Shown piece by piece: positions 58,015 to 64,000 of a DNA stretch of 64,000 bases. The position numbers were made by a program, and so were the translations under genes. The stretch comes from an uncultured Anaerolineales bacterium (GTDB lineage: Bacteria > Chloroflexota > Anaerolineae > Epilineales > Epilineaceae), in the NCBI GenBank assembly GCA_964651245.1, contig CAZYVI010000008.1, positions 51,437 to 115,436 of the forward strand, in the 5' to 3' direction. Numbering within the stretch: position 1 is the first letter of the stretch; every line of letters starts with the position of its first letter. The notes beneath the pieces were generated by a model that was not told the origin of the DNA, did no database searches, and saw nothing but the letters and a program-made list of their open reading frames with translations.

Positions 58015-59331
58015 CTGGACGGCGAGCGCCCGGAGCGCAGGCTCCGGATCGTCGTGCTCGGGCCGTTCGGCCTGGGGCCCAAGATGACGATCCGGCGCCG
58101 CGCCCTGCCCGCGGCCCGGGCGCTCGCCGCGCGCGGCCACACCGTGACGCTGCTGCTGCCGCCATGGCACACGCCCGACATGGCCGGCCGGGCCTGGGAC
58201 GACGCACCGGGCGTGCGCGTCGTCCTGGTCTCGCTGGCCGGGCTGCGCCTGCCGGTCGTCGGGCACCTCGTGGTGGCGGCACGGATGGCGCGCTTGGCCC
58301 GCGCGCTGCGGCCCGACGTCGTCCTCGCCTGCAAGCCCAAGGCGTACGGCGGCCTGGCGCTGACGCTGCTGTGGTGGCTGCGCCGGGCGCGCCTCGGCCC
58401 ATCCGCGGCGCTCGTCGTCGACAGCGACGACTGGGAGGGGCCGGGCGGCTGGAACGACCTCGAGCGCTACAGCCGGCTTCAGCGCGCGTTCTTCGCTTGG
58501 CAGGAGCGCTGGGGGCTGAGCCACGCCGACCAGGTCACCGTCGCCAGCCGCGCCCTCGAGGGCCTGGTCTGGGCGCTGGGCGTGCCGCCGGCGCGGGTGA
58601 CGTACCTGCCCAACGCCGTCGACGACAGCGCGGCAGCGGGGGAGGAGGCCGCCTCCCCCGCGACCGAGGCCGTTCCGGAAGCCGACCGTGGCGATCGCGT
58701 CGGCAGCGCCACCGCAACCCGCCCGCCGTCGCTGCTGCTCTACACCCGCTTCTTCGAGTTCGACCTCGCCCGCCCGCTCGACGTCATCGCGCGGCTCCGG
58801 GCGCGCCTGCCGGGCGCGCGGCTCGTCGTGGCCGGCGCCGGGTTGTTCGGCGAGGAGCGCCGGTTCGCCGCCCTGGCCGCGGAGCGCGGCCTGGCCGACG
58901 CCGTCGACGTCCGCGGCTGGGTCGACGCGGCCGGCGCGGCCGCGGCGCTGGCCGCGTCGGATGCGGCGCTCTACCCGTTCGACGACACCCTCGTCAACCG
59001 CACGAAGTCGCCGTTCAAGTTGCTCGAGCTCATGGCCGCCGGGCTGCCGGTCGTCGCCGACGCCGTCGGCGAGCTGCGCGAGGTGATCGTCGATGGCGCG
59101 AGCGGCCGCCTCGTGCCGCCCGGCGACGCGGCGGCGATGGCCGACGCCGCGGCCGAGGTGCTGGCCGACCCGGCGCTGCGCGCGCGCCTCGCCGACGGTG
59201 CGCGGGCGCGGATCGCGGCCGGCTACCGCTGGTCCGCTATGGCCCCGGCGCTCGAGGCGGTCTTCGTCGCGGCGCTCCGGGTGCGCGCCGCGACCGCCGC
59301 GCGCGCACGCAGCGTCGTCCATCGGCCATAA
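58015..59331 (+). CDS. GT4-family glycosyltransferase (start uncertain: CTG 58015 or GTG 58054)
   Basis: RIVVLGPFG N-terminal strand, DSDDWEG, KSPFKLLELMAAGLPVV and GELREVI. Confidence 0.88.
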   Translation: MDGERPERRLRIVVLGPFGLGPKMTIRRRALPAARALAARGHTVTLLLPPWHTPDMAGRAWDDAPGVRVVLVSLAGLRLPVVGHLVVAARMARLARALRPDVVLACKPKAYGGLALTLLWWLRRARLGPSAALVVDSDDWEGPGGWNDLERYSRLQRAFFAWQERWGLSHADQVTVASRALEGLVWALGVPPARVTYLPNAVDDSAAAGEEAASPATEAVPEADRGDRVGSATATRPPSLLLYTRFFEFDLARPLDVIARLRARLPGARLVVAGAGLFGEERRFAALAAERGLADAVDVRGWVDAAGAAAALAASDAALYPFDDTLVNRTKSPFKLLELMAAGLPVVADAVGELREVIVDGASGRLVPPGDAAAMADAAAEVLADPALRARLADGARARIAAGYRWSAMAPALEAVFVAALRVRAATAARARSVVHRP

Positions 59332-59581
59332 CCAGGGCCGAGGCTGCGGCGTCACAACACCCGGAAGCGGGCGGCCCGGTGCCGGCTGGCGGCGGACCGC
59401 GCCTGGCGCTACGCTTACGACAACCCCCCCACCGGCCGTCCCCCACCGCCGCCGGGAAGTCCGATCACGCGCCGCGCCGCACCGGCGAGCGCAGCCGCCG
59501 GCCGAGCCGCCCCCGCTCCGGCCGCGCGCGGGCCCCCACGCCCCGGGCACGGGCCGCCGATGCCAGAGGAAGAGAGCCACC

Positions 59582-62500
59582 ATGCCCGGTCCGTTCCTGC
59601 CCACCCGCCGGCCGTGGATGCGCCGGGCGTTGCCCGTCGTCGCCGCCACGCTCGTCTTGGCGCTCAAGCCCGCGCCGGCGCCGCCCGGCGGCGCGACGGC
59701 GCAGGCCCAGGCGCTGCAGAGCTGGGCGCTGACCGAGTCGCGCGCGGCCGGCTTCGCGGCGGGCGGTCTGCTCCAGGCGGGCGGCATCGCCGCCGCGCCG
59801 GGTGGGCGGTTCTACGTGGCCGACACCGGCCACCACCGCATCGCCGTGATCACGCCCGATGGGAGCGTCGAGCGGGCGTTCGGCCGCTTCGGCAACGGGC
59901 CGGCCGAGCTCAACCAGCCGCGCGACGTAGCGTTGAACGCCGGCCGCGACCGCGTCTACGTCGCGGACCGCGCCAATCGGCGGCTGGCCGTCTTCACGCT
60001 GGGCGGCGATCCGATCGGCGAGTGGCTGTCGGCGGTCGACGGCCAGGCGTTCGTGCCGCACGCGGTGGCGGTGGCGCCCAACGGCGATGTCTACGTCCTG
60101 TCCGACGGCTCGCGGCGCGTCGAGCGCTTCACGTGGGACGGCGCCTGGCTGGACGGCTTCGGCGGCGCCGGCGGCGCGCCCGACCAGTTGGCCGGTCCCA
60201 ACGAGCTGGCCGTCACGGCCGACGGCCGCGTCCTCGTCGCCGACACCGCCGGCGTGCCTGGCGAAGACCGCACCGTGCCGCTCGGCCGGCTGTCGGTCTT
60301 CTCGGCGGGCGGCGAGCTGCTGACGCGGCTGGCGTTCAAGGGCGTTCGCGACGTCGCCGTTCATCCCGACACCGGCGCGGTCTGGGTGCTGCACAACGGC
60401 CCCTCGGGCGATCGCGACCAGATCACGGTGCTCGACGCGGCGCTCGTCCAGACCGACGTCGTGTCGAGCGACATGCTGCCCGAGGCCGAGCGGTTTGCCC
60501 CGTCCGACCGCCTAGCGCTGAACACCGGCGGCCGACTGGCACTGACCGGCGGGGCCACGGGCGATCCCGGCCGGCCGCTGCAGGGCCTCCGCCAGTACGC
60601 CACCGGCCGCGGCCTGCCCACGCTCACCGTCACCACGCTCGCCGATCCGCTGGCGGGCGACCGGATGCTCGAGCCGGTGGCCATCGACGTCGCCGCCGAC
60701 GGCCAGCTCTACGCCGCCGAGCGCGATCTCGGGATCGTGCGGCGCTATGCGGCCGACGGCGCGTTCGACCGCACCTTCCCCAGCCTCGGCGCCGACGAGA
60801 TCGCCGTCGTCCCCGGCGGCGACCTCGTCGTCGGGGCCAGCGGCGGCGCCTACGCCGTGCGGCTGGACACCGCGGCCGGCCGCGAGCGCTGGCGCTGGAC
60901 GTGCGACTGCCTCAACGGCTTCGGTCTGGCCGCCACCGCCGATCGGCTCTACGCCACCTCGGCGCTGTCGGGCTCGCTGCTGGCCTACGATCCGTCCGGC
61001 TTGGCCCCGACCGGCCGGTTCGCCGTCGCCCAGCCCGGCTACGCCTGGCCGCTCGACGTCGACCTGGGCCCCGACGGGCGGCTGTACGCCGCCGGCGGCG
61101 AGCGCGGCGACGTGGCGGTCCTCGACGCCGCCACCGGGCAGCACCTGGGCGGCTGGCCGATCGGGGGCGGCGGGCCGCACCGGATCAGCGTCGGCCCGGA
61201 CGGCACGGTGTTCACGCTGCGCTTCGACGGCAGCGTGGCCGCGTGGGCGCCCGACGGTACGCCGATCGCGTCGTGGCCGGTGGCGCCGGCGGCCGGCTTC
61301 GGCTACGCCGTGCCGGCCGACCTGGCGGCCGGGCCGCTCGGCCGGGTCTACGTCGTCGACGCGGCGTCGCGGGCGATCCTGGTCTACGACCCGCAGCCCG
61401 GCGCGCCGGCCACGCCGACGCCGGTGCCCGCGCCGCCATGCAGCGTGACCGGCGACAAGACGGCCCGGCCGGCCCAAGTCGTCCTCGGCCAGCCGGTCAC
61501 GATCGACCTGACGCTCGACCTGCAGTGCCGCGGCGGCGTTGCGCCGGCCAGCGAGATCATGCTCATCGTCGACCGCTCGAACTCGATGGCCGGCGTCAAG
61601 CTCGCCGCGGCCAAGGCGGCTGCCGACAGCTTCGCCGCCTCGCCGAGCCTCGACCTGGCCACCCATCGGCTCGGGCTGATCTCGTTCTCGGACATCATCT
61701 CGCTCGATGCGCGCCTCACCCACGATCGCGCCGCCGTGCGCGCCGCGGTCGCCGACATCCAGCACACCGGCAACACCGACCTGGCGACGGCGCTGCGCCG
61801 CGGCACCGAGCACGTGCTGGCCGCGGGCCGGCCGGATGCCCGGCCGGTGCTGCTCCTGATGACCGATGGCAAGCCCAGCCGCCTCGGCCAGCCCTACGTC
61901 GACACCGTCGTCGAGGCCGCCCGCGCCAAGGCGCGCGGCGCCCTGGTCTTCACGATCGGGCTGGGCGACACGATCGAGACCGACCTCCTGGTCGCCGTCG
62001 CCGGATCGTCGAGCCGCTACTTCGCCGCGCCGCGCCCCGACCAGCTGGGCTCGATCTACACCGAGCTGTCACAGACGGTGGGCGGCGTCGTGGCCACCGA
62101 CGTCCGCGTCGTCGACGGTCTCGGCGCCGACGTGGCCTACGTGCCCGGCTCGGCGTCGCGCGGCGGCGCCCCCAGCGGTGGCGACGTCGTCTGGACGCTG
62201 GGCGCGCTGCCGAGCGGCACCGTCACGCTGTCGTTGCAGGTGACGCCGGGTCGACTGGGCCGGATCCCGACGAACACGCGCGCCACCGCCAGCTACACCG
62301 CCGCCGGCCAGCGCTACACGTTCGAGTTCCCGGTGCCCGAGGTCGAGGTCGTGGCGGCGCCGACGGCCACGCCGACGCCCACCCCGACCCCGACGCCGCG
62401 CGTCACCGGACCGTCGACGGTCTATCTGCCGATCGTCGAGCGCAACCACTGCCAGCCCGACGACGCCCGGCTGGGGGTCGAGATCGTCCTGGTCGTCGAC

Positions 62501-63004
62501 ACCTCGTCGTCGATGGCCGGCGCACCGATCGATGCCGCCAAGGCCGCCGGCCGGCTGTTCGTCGACCTCGTCGACCGCCGCCGCGACCGGGTGGCGCTGG
62601 TGACGTTCGACGAGACGGCGCGGCTGGCGCAGGCCCTGACGAACAACGCGGCGCTGTTCAAGGCCGCCCTCGACGCCATGACGACGTCGCCCGGCACCCG
62701 GCTCGACCTCGGCCTGGCCAAGGGCGCCGAGGAGCTGCGGCTGCGCGCCCGCAACGGCAGCCAGCGCGTGCTCGTCGTCATGTCCGACGGCCAGCCGTCG
62801 GCCGGCACGCGCGACCCGGCGCTGCGGACCGCGGCCGACGTCCGGCGCAGCGGGGCGACGGTGTTCGCGATCGGCCTCGGCCAGGCGGACGGCGCGTTCT
62901 TGAGCGCGCTGGCGTCGAGCAGCCGCCACGTCTACCACGCCCCGAACCCGGCCGACCTCGAGCAGATCTACCGGCGGATCGCGGCGGAGCTGCCGTGCCG
63001 CTGA
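59582..63004 (+). CDS. Large secreted NHL-repeat + two-vWA-domain protein
   Basis: Start MPGPFL (ATG 59582). NHL repeats (FYVADTGHHRI, LNQPRDVA, VYVADRANRR); two MIDAS motifs (DRSNSM, DTSSSM); internal TVYLPIVER. Confidence 0.88.
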   Translation: MPGPFLPTRRPWMRRALPVVAATLVLALKPAPAPPGGATAQAQALQSWALTESRAAGFAAGGLLQAGGIAAAPGGRFYVADTGHHRIAVITPDGSVERAFGRFGNGPAELNQPRDVALNAGRDRVYVADRANRRLAVFTLGGDPIGEWLSAVDGQAFVPHAVAVAPNGDVYVLSDGSRRVERFTWDGAWLDGFGGAGGAPDQLAGPNELAVTADGRVLVADTAGVPGEDRTVPLGRLSVFSAGGELLTRLAFKGVRDVAVHPDTGAVWVLHNGPSGDRDQITVLDAALVQTDVVSSDMLPEAERFAPSDRLALNTGGRLALTGGATGDPGRPLQGLRQYATGRGLPTLTVTTLADPLAGDRMLEPVAIDVAADGQLYAAERDLGIVRRYAADGAFDRTFPSLGADEIAVVPGGDLVVGASGGAYAVRLDTAAGRERWRWTCDCLNGFGLAATADRLYATSALSGSLLAYDPSGLAPTGRFAVAQPGYAWPLDVDLGPDGRLYAAGGERGDVAVLDAATGQHLGGWPIGGGGPHRISVGPDGTVFTLRFDGSVAAWAPDGTPIASWPVAPAAGFGYAVPADLAAGPLGRVYVVDAASRAILVYDPQPGAPATPTPVPAPPCSVTGDKTARPAQVVLGQPVTIDLTLDLQCRGGVAPASEIMLIVDRSNSMAGVKLAAAKAAADSFAASPSLDLATHRLGLISFSDIISLDARLTHDRAAVRAAVADIQHTGNTDLATALRRGTEHVLAAGRPDARPVLLLMTDGKPSRLGQPYVDTVVEAARAKARGALVFTIGLGDTIETDLLVAVAGSSSRYFAAPRPDQLGSIYTELSQTVGGVVATDVRVVDGLGADVAYVPGSASRGGAPSGGDVVWTLGALPSGTVTLSLQVTPGRLGRIPTNTRATASYTAAGQRYTFEFPVPEVEVVAAPTATPTPTPTPTPRVTGPSTVYLPIVERNHCQPDDARLGVEIVLVVDTSSSMAGAPIDAAKAAGRLFVDLVDRRRDRVALVTFDETARLAQALTNNAALFKAALDAMTTSPGTRLDLGLAKGAEELRLRARNGSQRVLVVMSDGQPSAGTRDPALRTAADVRRSGATVFAIGLGQADGAFLSALASSSRHVYHAPNPADLEQIYRRIAAELPCR

Positions 63005-64000
63005 GAGCGGGCGGCGGCCGATCGCTCCGGCGCGCCGCGGCGACGGCCTTCGCCGCGCTGGCGGCCGGCCTCGGCGCGCTGGCCGACCGGCCGGCGGCAC
63101 CGCCTGGCGCGGCGGCCGCCGGCCGGTCCGTCGGCGACCTCCGGCCGCTGCTGAGCGTGCCGGTCGACGACGGCGAGCCGATCGCGGTCGCCGCGCGCCC
63201 CGACGGCGGCGCGGTGGTCGCCGTGGCCCCGATCGTGGCCCAGCCGGCGGCGTTTGCCGCGCTGCGCTTCGTCGACGCCGCCGGCGTCGAGGTGGGGCGC
63301 CGCGTGCCGCGCGACGGACAGGGGCGGGCGGTGCTGCCGCTGGCGGTGGCGGTGGCGGCGCTCGACGCCGACGGCGTCGTCGTGTCCACCGCCGACGGGC
63401 TGCTGGGCTACGACGGCGCCGGCGGACTGCGGTTCGACCGACCGGCCGGGGACGGCCACCCCGACTTCGGCCCGGCCGCGCGCGGCCTGGCCGTGGCGGG
63501 CGAGCGGCTCTACGGTGTCGACCTGGCCCACGCGCGGCTGCTGGGCTACGACGCCGGCTCCGGCCTGCTGCGGCAGCGCCTCGGCACCGCCGGCGCCGGC
63601 GCATCGAGCTTCCTGGCGCCGCGCGACGTCGCCGTCCTGGCCGACGGGCGCCGCGCCGTGGCCGACCACGGCAACCGCCGGCTGACGCTGCTCGACGCCG
63701 ACGGCAACCCGGCCGGCCGCTGGCCGCTGCCGGGCCGCCCGGTCGCCGTCGCCGCGGCGGCGGACGGCACGTCGGTCGTGGTGCTGGACGACGACAGCCT
63801 GGTGACGCTCGACGCCCGTGGCGTGCCGGTCGCCCGCGTCGGCGGCCACGGCCGCGGCGACGGGCAGCTGCGCGACGCGGCCGACGTCGCGATCGGGTCC
63901 GACGGGCGCGTTTGGGTGGCCGACCGCGGCAACCGCCGTCTCGTCGTGCTGGGGGATGGCCCCGGCGGCGCGGCGACGGCAACGGCGACGGCGGCCGCGA
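62995..64000 (+). CDS. Secreted NHL-repeat protein (partial, runs off the window)
   Basis: Not in the ORF track; translated by hand from GTG 62995: VPLRAGG...FLAPRDVAV...VADHGNRRL...QLRDAADVAIGSDGRVWVADRGNRRL. Confidence 0.75.
   Translation, partial: MPLRAGGGRSLRRAAATAFAALAAGLGALADRPAAPPGAAAAGRSVGDLRPLLSVPVDDGEPIAVAARPDGGAVVAVAPIVAQPAAFAALRFVDAAGVEVGRRVPRDGQGRAVLPLAVAVAALDADGVVVSTADGLLGYDGAGGLRFDRPAGDGHPDFGPAARGLAVAGERLYGVDLAHARLLGYDAGSGLLRQRLGTAGAGASSFLAPRDVAVLADGRRAVADHGNRRLTLLDADGNPAGRWPLPGRPVAVAAAADGTSVVVLDDDSLVTLDARGVPVARVGGHGRGDGQLRDAADVAIGSDGRVWVADRGNRRLVVLGDGPGGAATATATAAA

Overview
This is a very GC-rich bacterial window, probably Chloroflexota-like. That placement is an inference from the MurF-Alr fusion and from many secreted proteins with Pro/Thr linkers and a short (Y/F)LP-type motif. 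Left to right it holds: two tandem secreted S9 peptidase paralogues; a ~12 kb copper island (CopA with a C-terminal cupredoxin fusion, CsoR, two HMA chaperones, TauE/DsbD_2-cupredoxin, a multicopper oxidase, a second P1B-ATPase with a CPD motif, and three lipoproteins sharing six copies of an unassigned C-H-x-M-x4-M-G-x-C repeat); a GH30+SRPBCC cassette between exact 140-bp direct repeats; dnaG; secreted discoidin, tri-cupredoxin/ScyD-E and CRTAC1 proteins; murF-alr with two divergent ddl paralogues; a DUF455/ATP-grasp pair; htpG; two GTAG-type REP-like elements; an ABC-2 exporter; ArsR/SRPBCC; a degenerate MNT-HEPN pair; an ECF42 sigma separated from its DGPF partner; a glmS ribozyme with a ~100-nt insertion, then glmS; a GT4; and NHL/vWA proteins. 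The best candidate for an undescribed system is the cassette at 48294-53712. It runs from a STAND-LuxR regulator, past a palindromic operator, to an unannotated 28-aa hydrophobic peptide, a strong hairpin, a PaaK-like adenylate-forming ligase, and a translationally coupled presenilin/SPP-like GxGD intramembrane protease. It looks like a peptide-signal or RiPP-type module. No database searches were possible, so family assignments come from motif recognition.
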